Shown here: positions 6,866 through 17,048 of the stretch, piece by piece
Layout of the letters: each line of letters begins with the position of its first letter
Numbering within the stretch: the stretch's first letter is position 1
Assembly (NCBI GenBank): GCA_963666275.2
Contig: CAXXOA010000002.1
Location: 1,472,001 to 1,536,000, forward strand
DNA from: Oceanispirochaeta sp.
GTDB lineage: Bacteria > Spirochaetota > Spirochaetia > DSM-2461
Reading direction: 5' to 3'
DNA: 64,000 nt
The notes under the pieces: model-generated
What the model was told of the DNA's origin: nothing
What the model saw: the letters and a program-made list of their open reading frames with translations, nothing else
Database searches by the model: none
Made by a program: the position numbers and the translations under genes

Positions 6866-9593
6866 ACTGCAGCTCCGGTGACAGGATTTCGGGGACTTCG
6901 GTTATTTCCGGAAGGGTCAGCTCAAACGTCCGGGTCTGAAGAGGACTCTGCTGAAATACCTCTCCCTCTCTCTCCCGGAGAGCCTGAATCTCCACTCTGA
7001 AAAGACCAACATCCAGATCTTCCAGCCTACTGAAATTATACAGCGTTCCTGTGGCTTTTTCCTGATGGAAGACAAGATTCCCCGTGGCTTCCGAAATGAG
7101 CTTCAGATCATAATATTCGGCGCCCCGGGAAGGGGTCCACCGGAATGTCAGAGAATCTCTGGTCTGCATGTCCAGCACGGCGCCCGCAGCCGGTTCCAGC
7201 AGGGACGGCCCCGGCAGAGCCGGTACGGGAGTGACTTCAAAGGAGTAGACCTCAGAGGGGGGCGCCGGATTGTTCTGGGCATCCCGTGAGAGGATCTGCA
7301 GATAGTAGGTCCCCGGAGTCAGATCGGGGATCGGTCTGTTCTGAACAGTCAGCTCTTCGTCCAGAAGGGTTGTGGCAAAATCGGCCGAACGGGAGAGCCT
7401 GATCTGCTGATTGGGCAGGGGAGGGCTCTGGGTCCAGCGGAATGAGGGGCTCTGTTCCAGGATGGTCATCCGGGAGAGGCTCCTGCCGGGCACCGGATAG
7501 GTCAGAACAGGCCGGGAGTAGGAGAGGACCCTGTCCAGGGTGAAATTCCGCAGAGAGACGCCGCTCTGATTTGTATTCTCTTCATCCACCGGGCGGAATG
7601 CCTCCACTGAGAGGGTGTAGTTCCCCGCCCGCAGACGGGCTTTGTCTTCTATCAGCCAGAGCGGCTCGGTTGTGCCTGTATTGCGGAGCGTGGGATCATT
7701 GGGATTCTCAGGAACCAGCTGGGCATTGTAGTAGGCTGCATCGGGCAGGGGGATCCACTGGATTTTCAGAGGGTTGTCCCCCAGGAGAGAGAGATTTTCA
7801 TTTTCCAGTGGGGTCTGTATCACCGGTTTCGCCAGCCTGTCTATCATCGTAAAGGGCACCTGGTCGCTGATAATATCTACAAGACCATCATCATTGAGCA
7901 CAGATACCTGCCAGTAGTAGTTGCCCTCTCCCGGAAGGGGAAGGGTCGCCGATGATGTTTCTGTTCTCTTGGTCAGAAGGGGAACCAGAGTGTTCTCTTC
8001 CCGGAATATCTGAATCTCAAAGGGTCCCTGCAGGCTGCTGTCCCAGCTGAAAACAGTGCTGTCGTAGGATTCTGTGATCTGCAGACTCTCCGGGGCCGGT
8101 TTTTCGGGAGTAATATAGATACGGGCCGCCAGGACTGTGAAGTCCCGGATCTCCGAGGGGGGAACCGACTGGTTTTCCCTGTCCAGGCCGTCTACCTGCC
8201 AGAAGTAGCGACCCTGTTCGGGGAGTTCCTCCACAAGATAGGAGTTCCTGTTGATCCATTCATCCACCAGGGGCTCTCTCATGTCCGGATCCCGGGCTAC
8301 CACCAGATGATAGTTGCTTATCTCCTTGTCCGCCAGCCAGCTGAACCGGAGTCCCTCTCTGACTTTCAGGGGGTTGATCTCTTCCCTGTCAGAAGGCAGG
8401 ATCAGCTCCGGCGGTTCAACGGTCTCATTGTATTCCACCCGGAACCGCCGGATTTCCGGCGGTGTATAGGATATTTTACTGGCCGTGTTGTATTCGGGAA
8501 TGACCCGCCAGAAGTAGTCGCCCCTGGGCATTTCTCTCCGGGTATAGAAGTTGTTGCTGCTTGATATATCCGCTACCAGATTTGTAAACTGGGCATCCGA
8601 GGATATCTGAAGGCGGGTCGCATTGGTCAGGCCTGAGTTCTCCCAGGAGAAGGCCAGGTCCGGGAGGGTCCTTCTGTACTGGAAGACTTCATCCATGACC
8701 GGTACCTGAAGGGAGGGAGCCTCATCCCGTATGAGAACCACCCTGTTGGCTGAGCTGAAGTAGGGGATCCCGTCGCTGTAATTGCCTCTGATCCGCCAGA
8801 AGTAGGTTCCCGGCAGAGTCTCTCTGGTCAGGAAGGGCTCGCCCTCAGAGGGAATCAGCCGCTCCGCCGACCGGAAGTCCTGAAACTCCGCCACTTCCAG
8901 GGTCAGATTTTCCAGAGCCAGGCTCTGTTCCCATTCGAATCGGATGGGAACCGTCGCCGCTGTTGTGACAAGGAGCCTGTTGTTGGCGGGAGATTTCAGG
9001 GTTACCGCTTCCTGTTCCACCCGGATATCATCCTGGATGCTGGCGCGGAAATTCTTCTCTATGCTCTGGGTCTGATCTCCCACAGTGACGTCTATGGTAC
9101 CCTCGTCGACAGACAGATTGATCGAATCCCCTTCTTTTTTATCCAGAGTCACTGTGGCTGTATCCAGGGCTATGACAGTATCTTCCGCCCGGATCCTCAG
9201 AGTGGATGTTCCCTCTCCCTTCCTTTCGGCTGAGATATTTCCACCCAGAAACTCAATGTTCTGAGACTCCTCTCCCCATTCCAGGACAATATAGGTATTG
9301 GCCGCCAGGGATATCTCAGTCCCGTCTATGAGACGGATAGTCGCCCGGGAATCCTCAATGGTTCTGAGACTGTCGTAGTTGTAGAGGGGGGTGCTGGTTT
9401 CCAGGTCGCCCCAGACGGCCCGGTCGGCAAATTTTCTCTGCGCTCCGTTCTCTATAAAGGTGATCTCTCCGATCACCTCTCCCCCCTCGTTGGTTATCTG
9501 GCTGTGAAGATCTCTGTAGAACTCAAGACCTGCCCAGGCGAACACAGAGAGGAGGAGAAGGGTTATGAATATGTCCCTAATCCATGATTTCAT
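6855..9593 (-). CDS. FecR-domain membrane protein with multiple Fn3/Ig-like repeats
   Basis: N-terminal TM; FecR-like LYNYDSLRTIEDSRATIRLIDGTEISLAANT; repeated LxxP..FxW..GxY(F/Y)W modules. Confidence 0.8.
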   Translation of the reverse strand: MKSWIRDIFITLLLLSVFAWAGLEFYRDLHSQITNEGGEVIGEITFIENGAQRKFADRAVWGDLETSTPLYNYDSLRTIEDSRATIRLIDGTEISLAANTYIVLEWGEESQNIEFLGGNISAERKGEGTSTLRIRAEDTVIALDTATVTLDKKEGDSINLSVDEGTIDVTVGDQTQSIEKNFRASIQDDIRVEQEAVTLKSPANNRLLVTTAATVPIRFEWEQSLALENLTLEVAEFQDFRSAERLIPSEGEPFLTRETLPGTYFWRIRGNYSDGIPYFSSANRVVLIRDEAPSLQVPVMDEVFQYRRTLPDLAFSWENSGLTNATRLQISSDAQFTNLVADISSSNNFYTRREMPRGDYFWRVIPEYNTASKISYTPPEIRRFRVEYNETVEPPELILPSDREEINPLKVREGLRFSWLADKEISNYHLVVARDPDMREPLVDEWINRNSYLVEELPEQGRYFWQVDGLDRENQSVPPSEIRDFTVLAARIYITPEKPAPESLQITESYDSTVFSWDSSLQGPFEIQIFREENTLVPLLTKRTETSSATLPLPGEGNYYWQVSVLNDDGLVDIISDQVPFTMIDRLAKPVIQTPLENENLSLLGDNPLKIQWIPLPDAAYYNAQLVPENPNDPTLRNTGTTEPLWLIEDKARLRAGNYTLSVEAFRPVDEENTNQSGVSLRNFTLDRVLSYSRPVLTYPVPGRSLSRMTILEQSPSFRWTQSPPLPNQQIRLSRSADFATTLLDEELTVQNRPIPDLTPGTYYLQILSRDAQNNPAPPSEVYSFEVTPVPALPGPSLLEPAAGAVLDMQTRDSLTFRWTPSRGAEYYDLKLISEATGNLVFHQEKATGTLYNFSRLEDLDVGLFRVEIQALREREGEVFQQSPLQTRTFELTLPEITEVPEILSPELQYVQ

Positions 9594-12480
9594 ATTTGAC
9601 TTCTTCTTTCTCCGTATTCACTTCTGCAATGTTATCAAAATTTCCTGTTATACCCACACGGTCTCTCAGGTCACTGAGCGAGTGGGGACGGTCCGGATCA
9701 TCCAGACGGCCCAGGACCGCATAGATCTGCTGGGGTTCGCTTTTCCCTTTGACCTTGATCTTGTTCATCGGGACAAGATCAAAGATTCCCTCTACCAGAT
9801 CCGCCGTTCCCTGGGAGACAAGTATATCCGTTCCCATGGGTTTATTCAGCGCTTCAATCCGGGAGGCCAGGTTGACCGCATCGCCGATCACCGTATACTC
9901 CATCCTTTCATCAGAACCGATCTGACCGGCCAGCACATCGCCGCTGTTCAGGCCGCAGCCGATCTTGATGATCGGTTTCCGCTCTCCTCCCCGGTTCTGG
10001 TTGAACTTTCTCAGGGCTGTCCGCATCATCAGGGCACCGTTGATGGCATTTTCCGCATCGTTCCCGTGAGAAATTGGTGTTCCCCAGACGGCCATGATGG
10101 CATCTCCGATGTATTTATCCACCACGCCGTTGGTATCATTCACACAGTCTACCATCAGAGTCATATACTCGTTCAGAAAAGAGACCACCTCAGTTGGTGT
10201 CAGTTTTTCAGAGATCGCTGTGAAGGAACGGATATCAGAAAAGAATATAGTGGCCGGTTTGATCTCACCACCCAGCTGGATCTCCCCTTTTTCCGCCATC
10301 TCGGCCATCTCTTTGTTCACAAAGCGGCCGAATGCGTCTTTGATCCTCTCTTTCTCCTCCAGACCCATGCCCATGTTGATGAAGGCCCTTGTGAGGACGC
10401 CGATTTCATCCTGGGAGCGGGGTTTCAGCTGAAGATGGTATTCACCGTTTTCTATCTTCCTTGTGGCTGTCACAAGCTTCCTTATGGGATTGGATAGGGA
10501 TTTTGAATAGTAATAGACAATCAGGATCGCCAGGGCGACAAACATGACCATCAGAAGGATATTCCGTCTCTGGATCTTGTAGATCGCCTCAAAAGCCAGT
10601 TTTTCCGGTACTGTTGTGATCACTCCCAGGCGGCCGAAGTTGACTTTTTTATAGGACCCCAGATAAAAAACGTTCTCCTCCTCTTCAAAGCGGATCTGCC
10701 CTGTATTGACCGCTGAGGAGAAAAGCTCCTGTACAATCGGCAGATCTCCCAGATTGATGCCCGAGGTGACCACTGTGGCATCGGGATGGGCAATCAGATA
10801 GCCCTGGGAGTCCACGATAAAGGTATCGGTGATTCCCCGGGACTGGACCGCTTTCTGCAGAGTCTGTCTGATATCGGTAAAGATAAAGAGGGTTTTGATC
10901 CCCCGTTCCTGCTTGTAGGGAATGGTGATCCCCAGCATGGGAACACCGAAGTGAACGGATACATTGAAAACCGAAGGAGTTCCCCCCCGGGCCAGCCGGA
11001 TCTGATCGGGATAGTTTTCCATAACTCCCATAATAAAATCTTCCGAGATTCCCAGGTCTCCCATCAGGTTGGCGTTGTAGAAAAGCCTTTCTTCTCCGGG
11101 AACACCTACCATCAGGATGTTCTGCTGGCTTCGGAAGAAATAGCTTATATAGTTTTCTTCTTCCGGAGACTCTCCGTATCCCGCCCCCAGCAGGAGCAGG
11201 GATGCACTATTGCCTATCTGATGCAGAGTTTCTTCTGTCTGGGAGGCAATGGTCTCGGAGAGTTTCAGATTGCTCTCCTCCACCCTGACCTGACTGTCCT
11301 GAAGAAAGAAAAAGGTCGCCAGAACGATCATTCCCGTCAGAGCCATGATTATGATAATGGATGTAATGAAACTCATCTTGACCCCGATGGGGTAGCGGAT
11401 CAGAGTCCCCGGTTCCGGGCGTTTTCTCTTTTCCTGCTCCTGTTCAGACGTTTCTGACCCCTCTTCCTCCTCATCCGGAGCTGATGCTTCTGCGGAAGTT
11501 GGTTCTTTGACAAGGTCTTCCGGAAAGTAGCTGGCCTCCGGATCAAAAAGGACGGTGTCCTCTTCCAGATGAAGCTCCTCTTCGGGCTCGTAGCTTATCA
11601 CCTTGTCTGCCGGTTCCGCCGGGGCCACCAGGCTGATGGTCTGGTCCGGGCCGGAGAGAACAGATAAAAGGCGGATCGAAACTTTCTCACTCTTCCAGAA
11701 CTCCTCCGGAGCCTTATCTGTCTTCATGATCAGATAGTAGGGCAGCAGGGGATTGGTCTCCTCCTGATCTGTAGGAAACTCAAGAGCCCCATGATAGAGA
11801 AGCATACCCTCACTCTTCCAGCTCCGCAGATGAGTTATCAGGTCAAGCGGATCATTCATGGTTGCCAGATCCAGATAGCTTATGGAAATATAGGAGCCTC
11901 TCCCGGCGGTTCTCAGAACAGGGTCGGGTATGGTGAAATCAAGCTGGCCCCCGTTTGTCCGGTTCATGCTGACCGGCCGGATGGGAAAACGTTCGGGAAG
12001 CACGACACCCGCCCGACCGAACAGGCCGGTAATCCACTCTATCGCCCGGGGATTCACATTCTCAACTGCAGGGTAGATGATTTTTCTCGAAGGGGTCACA
12101 AAGGCACCGAACTCATCGGCCAGGGTAATGTCATCCCGGAGCTGCCGGATCTGTTTCATCAGAGTCAGAAGGAGGGATTTATCAGAGCGGCTCATGCCTC
12201 TGCTGCCTGCTGCCCTTCTGGATACAAGCTGTCCCCCCAGATAGGCCAGCCGGGTAAGGGTCATGAGATTCAGAAAACCTGCCATATGATAAAGTTCTGA
12301 AAACTGACGGATGAGTCCGGGAACTGTGGACCTTCCGTTGTTCATGGAAGAACGGGTCAGGGATTCTATTGTGTCTATCTGACCGTTCAACACGGTCAGT
12401 AGTTTTTTATAATGGCCGATCGTATTCTGAGGCATGCCGGGTTCTCCATTTAATGCTGCAAATAATACAGGTTCTCTCAT
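9577..12480 (-). CDS. Class III adenylate cyclase: cytoplasmic N-terminal extension, TM, Cache-like sensor, TM, HAMP, cyclase
   Basis: FSDIRSFT, DKYIGDAIMA, YTVIGDAVNLASRIE (K/T specificity pair typical of class IIIb adenylate cyclases); HAMP ..SQDEIGVLTRAF. Confidence 0.92.
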   Translation of the reverse strand: MREPVLFAALNGEPGMPQNTIGHYKKLLTVLNGQIDTIESLTRSSMNNGRSTVPGLIRQFSELYHMAGFLNLMTLTRLAYLGGQLVSRRAAGSRGMSRSDKSLLLTLMKQIRQLRDDITLADEFGAFVTPSRKIIYPAVENVNPRAIEWITGLFGRAGVVLPERFPIRPVSMNRTNGGQLDFTIPDPVLRTAGRGSYISISYLDLATMNDPLDLITHLRSWKSEGMLLYHGALEFPTDQEETNPLLPYYLIMKTDKAPEEFWKSEKVSIRLLSVLSGPDQTISLVAPAEPADKVISYEPEEELHLEEDTVLFDPEASYFPEDLVKEPTSAEASAPDEEEEGSETSEQEQEKRKRPEPGTLIRYPIGVKMSFITSIIIIMALTGMIVLATFFFLQDSQVRVEESNLKLSETIASQTEETLHQIGNSASLLLLGAGYGESPEEENYISYFFRSQQNILMVGVPGEERLFYNANLMGDLGISEDFIMGVMENYPDQIRLARGGTPSVFNVSVHFGVPMLGITIPYKQERGIKTLFIFTDIRQTLQKAVQSRGITDTFIVDSQGYLIAHPDATVVTSGINLGDLPIVQELFSSAVNTGQIRFEEEENVFYLGSYKKVNFGRLGVITTVPEKLAFEAIYKIQRRNILLMVMFVALAILIVYYYSKSLSNPIRKLVTATRKIENGEYHLQLKPRSQDEIGVLTRAFINMGMGLEEKERIKDAFGRFVNKEMAEMAEKGEIQLGGEIKPATIFFSDIRSFTAISEKLTPTEVVSFLNEYMTLMVDCVNDTNGVVDKYIGDAIMAVWGTPISHGNDAENAINGALMMRTALRKFNQNRGGERKPIIKIGCGLNSGDVLAGQIGSDERMEYTVIGDAVNLASRIEALNKPMGTDILVSQGTADLVEGIFDLVPMNKIKVKGKSEPQQIYAVLGRLDDPDRPHSLSDLRDRVGITGNFDNIAEVNTEKEEVKYEIMD

Positions 12481-12592
12481 CTTATTATCTGCTAAATTCC
12501 CTTAAAGAATTAGCCTTTTCTCAAAGTACAGCTTCCTTCGGGAGTTTTTCCCCTCCAGGGTTTATATTATAAGAGAAGACGGGCATATCTGC

Positions 12593-12621
12593 TTGATTTG
12601 AAAGGGCCAGCTGCCGATAAT
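12593..12621 (+). promoter_or_regulatory. Putative promoter for the lipoprotein pair
   Basis: TTGATT-17 bp-GATAAT. It overlaps a GCCGATAA octamer (12613-12620), the sigma28 -10 consensus, but there is no good sigma28 -35. Confidence 0.35.
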
Positions 12622-12649
12622 AACAGCAGAAAACCCATGGGGGAGAGAG

Positions 12650-12997
12650 TTGAAGATACTTTCCGGCAAAATCTCACTTTATTCAGTCCTCATCCTGAGC
12701 CTGCTGCTCCTGATATCCTGTTATGACAGGTATCCCTATTTTCTGCAGGAGCCTGAGTTTGAGGCTGAAGCTCTGGAAGAGGGCGGCCCGGGAATATCCC
12801 TCTCCATGTGGACCCCCGATCCGGAGTGTCTGATCCGGTACAGTGTCAACGACAGGGAGGCCAGCGAAAGCTACGGCATCCTCTACGACGAGCCTGTGAT
12901 TTTAACAGAACTCTCTCATGTATCGGCCGTGGCCTATCGTGAGGGATACCCCTCAGGACCAGCGAGTTATTACAATTATGATCCGACAAACCCTTAA
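12650..12997 (+). CDS. Small lipoprotein with chitobiase/beta-hexosaminidase C-terminal-like (Fn3-associated) domain
   Basis: Lipobox LLISC; IRYSVND...LYDEPVIL...VSAVAYREGY pattern. Confidence 0.65.
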   Translation: MKILSGKISLYSVLILSLLLLISCYDRYPYFLQEPEFEAEALEEGGPGISLSMWTPDPECLIRYSVNDREASESYGILYDEPVILTELSHVSAVAYREGYPSGPASYYNYDPTNP

Positions 12998-14372
12998 ATT
13001 TCTGATCCCCTCCCTGGGAGCGCTTCTCCTCCTGCTCTCCTGTCCCAGTCCGGTGGACTCTCTGGATGAGAAGGACGATGTGGCCGGGTTCAAGGCTTTT
13101 TATCTGAGCCCGGATATCAACGGGAATCTTTCCGAGGTTGTCATAGGGGATGTGAACGAAGACTCTGTTGTTCTGATGGTTCCGGGAAACAGCGACAATT
13201 CCCGTTTGTCTCCCTCTTTTGACACAGACGCGGAAACAGTGATGGTGGGGAATCAGCAGCAGTGGAGCGGCCAGTCCTGGCTGGATTTTTCCGAGCCTGT
13301 GGAATACACCCTGATTTCAAAGGGCGGGAAGGAAACAGACGTGACTGTGTCTGTTGTATTCACCGGTTCCTGGAATACCCTGGGAAGCTCTTTTTCCGGA
13401 TATGATCCTCAATTTATCTGGAATTATGATAATAACAATCTGATAATCTCATTTATTGATGGCAGCATGATAGGGTACAAGTATTTCAACTCTTTAGCGG
13501 GTGATCTTGTGAATATCGGGGCGACATTTGGGGGAAATGTCTTAACTTTTGCAGCTGGGGTTAGCGGAAATATATTTCTGAATGCCTATTATAATAATAG
13601 TACTTTAGATTTTGATTTCTACTATACGAATTATGATAGTTCAACCTATACTTGGACCTGGACATATTCGAATTTATATACTGCTACTGCTCCTACTACA
13701 GAAATGCAACTTTTTCCAACAGACAGTTCTAATGCTTATCTCTTATTTACTGATAATGCAACAAGATATCCTTATATGGTTCATCAGGATTACTTTAACT
13801 ACATCACTACATTGCTCGCAAGTCCTGAAATCAGGGCTGTGTCCTCGTTCCGCGGTGCATTAAGCTCCATGGGTTTGATTGCAGCCGCAACCTATCTGGA
13901 TGATACTGGAACCATCTATCTGTATCAGTACATTGGAACTGCATGGAATCATCTAGCCTCTCTTCCGATAAGCAATCTTATTGTCAAGGATTTAATCTAC
14001 GATGACTGGAACGGCAGATTTATCATTGTTGCAGCTTCTCCAAACAGCAGTAATACATCCAGGACTGATATCAATGTCTATAGCTGTGATATCAATGAAG
14101 GAAGTTGGGAGACTCTCATCGATCCTTTGATTCTGAATGTTCCTGTTGCGGATACAATAGAAGTCGCCTGGGGCAATGAATCGGTTCTTGTAGCCACCAG
14201 GCAGGACTGTTATGAGACCAGTGATGCCGGCTGGGTCCATCTGGGAGGCGGTCCCTATTACGATTCTCCCGCTCCCTATTTCTCAGTGGCCGCAGAGTCT
14301 GAAGGCTCCCGCCGGTATATCGCCTATACGGATACTTCAGGTTTTACCTATTTAAGGTATCTGGAGCGCTAA
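12978..14372 (+). CDS. Surface lipoprotein with an Ig-like N-terminal domain and a beta-rich (possibly propeller) C-terminal region
   Basis: Start reassigned to ATG 12978 (MIRQTLKF...LLLLSC lipobox); DFSEPVEYTL motif resembles DUF5018-type domains. Confidence 0.7.
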   Translation: MIRQTLKFLIPSLGALLLLLSCPSPVDSLDEKDDVAGFKAFYLSPDINGNLSEVVIGDVNEDSVVLMVPGNSDNSRLSPSFDTDAETVMVGNQQQWSGQSWLDFSEPVEYTLISKGGKETDVTVSVVFTGSWNTLGSSFSGYDPQFIWNYDNNNLIISFIDGSMIGYKYFNSLAGDLVNIGATFGGNVLTFAAGVSGNIFLNAYYNNSTLDFDFYYTNYDSSTYTWTWTYSNLYTATAPTTEMQLFPTDSSNAYLLFTDNATRYPYMVHQDYFNYITTLLASPEIRAVSSFRGALSSMGLIAAATYLDDTGTIYLYQYIGTAWNHLASLPISNLIVKDLIYDDWNGRFIIVAASPNSSNTSRTDINVYSCDINEGSWETLIDPLILNVPVADTIEVAWGNESVLVATRQDCYETSDAGWVHLGGGPYYDSPAPYFSVAAESEGSRRYIAYTDTSGFTYLRYLER

Positions 14373-14459
14373 AGTCCTGCAGATTCCCGCCGGGAAACTC
14401 TGGCCCAATTCCCGGGCTTTATGCTATTCTACTCCCACTCAAAATCCGAGGAGACCATT

Positions 14460-15827
14460 ATGAGCAAGCTCTGGCAGAAAAATTATGAACTGAATGAACT
14501 TATCGAAGAGTTCACAGTCGGAATCGACTATATCCTGGATCAGAAACTGATCCCCTCGGACTGCGTGGCCAGTATGGCCCATGCCAGAATGCTTCAGACT
14601 ATCGGAATCCTGACGGAAGAGGAGAATACTGCTCTGGCGGCGGGTCTCCGGCAGATACTGAAAGAACACAAAGAGGGGAATTTCCCCATAACCCGTTCCG
14701 ACGAGGACGGCCATACGGCTATCGAAAACAGGCTTGTTCAGCTGGCAGGCGATGCAGGCAAGAAGATCCATACAGGACGGAGCCGGAACGATCAGGTCGT
14801 CACGGCCCTGAGGGTCTACGGACGCTCTAAAGTGCTTGAAATGATCCGGGAAGGGGGCATCCTGGTACAGTCCCTCTTGAACCTGGCGGAAAAGCATCAG
14901 AACACCCCTATGCCCGGTAGAACCCACATGCAGATTGCCATGCCCTCCTCGGTAGGGCTCTGGGCGGCCGGGTTTGCCGAAGAGATGGTGGACTCCCTGA
15001 AACTCCTCGCTTCTGTATGGGAGATCCTGGATCAGAATCCTCTGGGTGCGGCCGCCGGATACGGTGTTCCTCTGGAGCTGGACAGGGCCATGACCGCCCG
15101 GCTCATGGGATTCTCCCGGGTACAGAACAATGTCATCTATGTGAATAACTCCCGGGGGAAAATGGAACTGATGGTTCTGGATCTGCTGGATCAGATGGTT
15201 CTCAGCATGAGCAAGATGGCTCAGGACCTGATCCTCTTCTCCCTTCCCGAGTTCGGATATTTCAGCCTGCCTGCGGAACTCTGCAGCGGGTCCAGCATTA
15301 TGCCCCAGAAAAAGAATCCCGACGGACTGGAACTGATGCGGGCTAAGGCGGGAACCGTCAGCGCCTGCGGTACCCAGGTCCGGAATATCCTCCGGTCTCT
15401 GCCTTCGGGTTACAACAGGGACTTTCAGGAAACCAAAGAGCCCTTCCTCAAGGGCTGTGATATCACTCTGCAGAGCCTCCGGGTTATGACCCTTACATTC
15501 GATAAACTTCAGGTGAATCCGGACAAACTGAAAGCGGGCTTTTCAAAAGATATCTATGCTACCGACGTGGCTCTGGAGCTGGTGGCCGGAGGCATGAGCT
15601 TCCGGGATGCCTATAAAGAGGTGGGGCTGAATCTGGATAAACTGGGGCAGCAGGATCCGGATGAATCCATCGGATCCAGAACCTATCCCGGTACCACAGG
15701 CAATCTGGCCCTGGATCAGGTGAAAGAGCGCCTGGAGGATATCCTCAGAAAAACCGAAGAGAGGGAAGACGCCATTGACAGGGCCGTTTCTTCTTTGATG
15801 GGCGAAGCCGTACAGATCCTGGTGTAG
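14460..15827 (+). CDS. argH: Argininosuccinate lyase
   Basis: IHTGRSRNDQV, MPGRTHMQ, GSSIMPQKKNPD, YNRDFQE; RBS GAGGAG before ATG 14460. Confidence 0.95.
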   Translation: MSKLWQKNYELNELIEEFTVGIDYILDQKLIPSDCVASMAHARMLQTIGILTEEENTALAAGLRQILKEHKEGNFPITRSDEDGHTAIENRLVQLAGDAGKKIHTGRSRNDQVVTALRVYGRSKVLEMIREGGILVQSLLNLAEKHQNTPMPGRTHMQIAMPSSVGLWAAGFAEEMVDSLKLLASVWEILDQNPLGAAAGYGVPLELDRAMTARLMGFSRVQNNVIYVNNSRGKMELMVLDLLDQMVLSMSKMAQDLILFSLPEFGYFSLPAELCSGSSIMPQKKNPDGLELMRAKAGTVSACGTQVRNILRSLPSGYNRDFQETKEPFLKGCDITLQSLRVMTLTFDKLQVNPDKLKAGFSKDIYATDVALELVAGGMSFRDAYKEVGLNLDKLGQQDPDESIGSRTYPGTTGNLALDQVKERLEDILRKTEEREDAIDRAVSSLMGEAVQILV

Positions 15828-15844
15828 TCTCCCTCAGGGGAAAC

Positions 15845-17044
15845 CTACTCCTCTCCGGCCAGATCCTGGATCTGGCGGATAAGCTCCCGCAGTTTGCTTG
15901 TCTCTTCCCGGCTTCGGGCCAGTTCTTCCTCCAGAGTCATATTCTCTGTGGCCAGGAAGTTCTCCGAACGCTGGAGGTCTTCGGCCTGTTTCTCAGCGGC
16001 TGAGAGCCTCTGGGTAAAGCTGGTCCGCATCTCGGCCATTTCTTTCCTGTGTTTCTCTTCCAGTATCTGCAGGACCGTGGGCTCTGATGCTTTACGGGTT
16101 TCCTCGCCTACAGTGTCTTCCAGTCCCAGAGGTTTCAGTTCTATCCGGAGGATTCTGTTTTCGGCTTCACCCGGTATAACCGTTGTGCTGCCGTCCTGAT
16201 ACCCTCTTTTCCTTACCAGTATCGAAAGCTCCTGTTCGGGCATAAACAGGCCCCGGATACGGGAATAACCGTTGAGGCGGCCATTGATATAGATCTGTGT
16301 ACCAGCCGGAACTGTGGTAATTTCCATAAATACGAGGTTTTCGTCCTGGACCGGAATTGCAACAGGAGACTGGGAGGCAAACAGACCTGTGTCCTCCTCT
16401 GTGAAGGCCGTGGCCGTCAGATCTGTCTCTCCGGGTATAAGGCTTGCTTTCTCCCGGGCTGTCAGGGCGCCGATGCTCTCTTCGTTCTGTGTGAGAACGG
16501 CGACTTTACCATCAAGCACAGAAACCACAGTTGCCATACCGGGGAGGGACTGAACCATAAACTCCGTTCCTTCCACCCTGTATATCTTCCCCTGGGCCAG
16601 GATCTGAAGGTTTTCGCTGTCCTGCAGCTCCTCCACCTTATAGATCATGGAACCCGTGAGCAGTTCGGTCCGGATATCCGCATCTTTCGTTCCGCTCAGA
16701 AGTTTCTGTATCCTCACAAGGGTATTGCTCCGGATGTTCACGCTGGCGGTACCGGCAAAACGGATCTGGCAGATCGAATCGTCCACCACCTTGATAATGT
16801 CGCCTTCCCGAACCTTGTCCCCTGGAAGGGGGGTAATAATCTGATCATCCCGGATAATAAAGACTTCACCGGAAATGGCTGTTATCAGGGCTTCTCCCGG
16901 CCGGGCGGGCAGGAAGGTTTCGGGAAGAGAGGCATTCTCTTCTGCGGGGCTGTTGAAAACTGTTGAAGAATAGAGATAGAGAATCACTCCGGCCAGGACG
17001 AGTCCGGCCAGAAAAAAGGCTGTGGATTTAACAAATTGTTTCAT
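15845..17044 (-). CDS. FecR-domain protein with PEGA-like domain and C-terminal coiled coil
   Basis: N-terminal TM; VEGTEF...VSVLDGKVAV (FecR); ITTVPAGTQIYING (PEGA); heptad-rich tail. Confidence 0.8.
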   Translation of the reverse strand: MKQFVKSTAFFLAGLVLAGVILYLYSSTVFNSPAEENASLPETFLPARPGEALITAISGEVFIIRDDQIITPLPGDKVREGDIIKVVDDSICQIRFAGTASVNIRSNTLVRIQKLLSGTKDADIRTELLTGSMIYKVEELQDSENLQILAQGKIYRVEGTEFMVQSLPGMATVVSVLDGKVAVLTQNEESIGALTAREKASLIPGETDLTATAFTEEDTGLFASQSPVAIPVQDENLVFMEITTVPAGTQIYINGRLNGYSRIRGLFMPEQELSILVRKRGYQDGSTTVIPGEAENRILRIELKPLGLEDTVGEETRKASEPTVLQILEEKHRKEMAEMRTSFTQRLSAAEKQAEDLQRSENFLATENMTLEEELARSREETSKLRELIRQIQDLAGEE

Positions 17045-17048
17045 GATT

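Noticed and set aside
13400..14110. Diversity-generating retroelement target
   Set aside because: No template repeat or reverse transcriptase is in the window, and the AT-rich region is central rather than a short C-terminal variable repeat.
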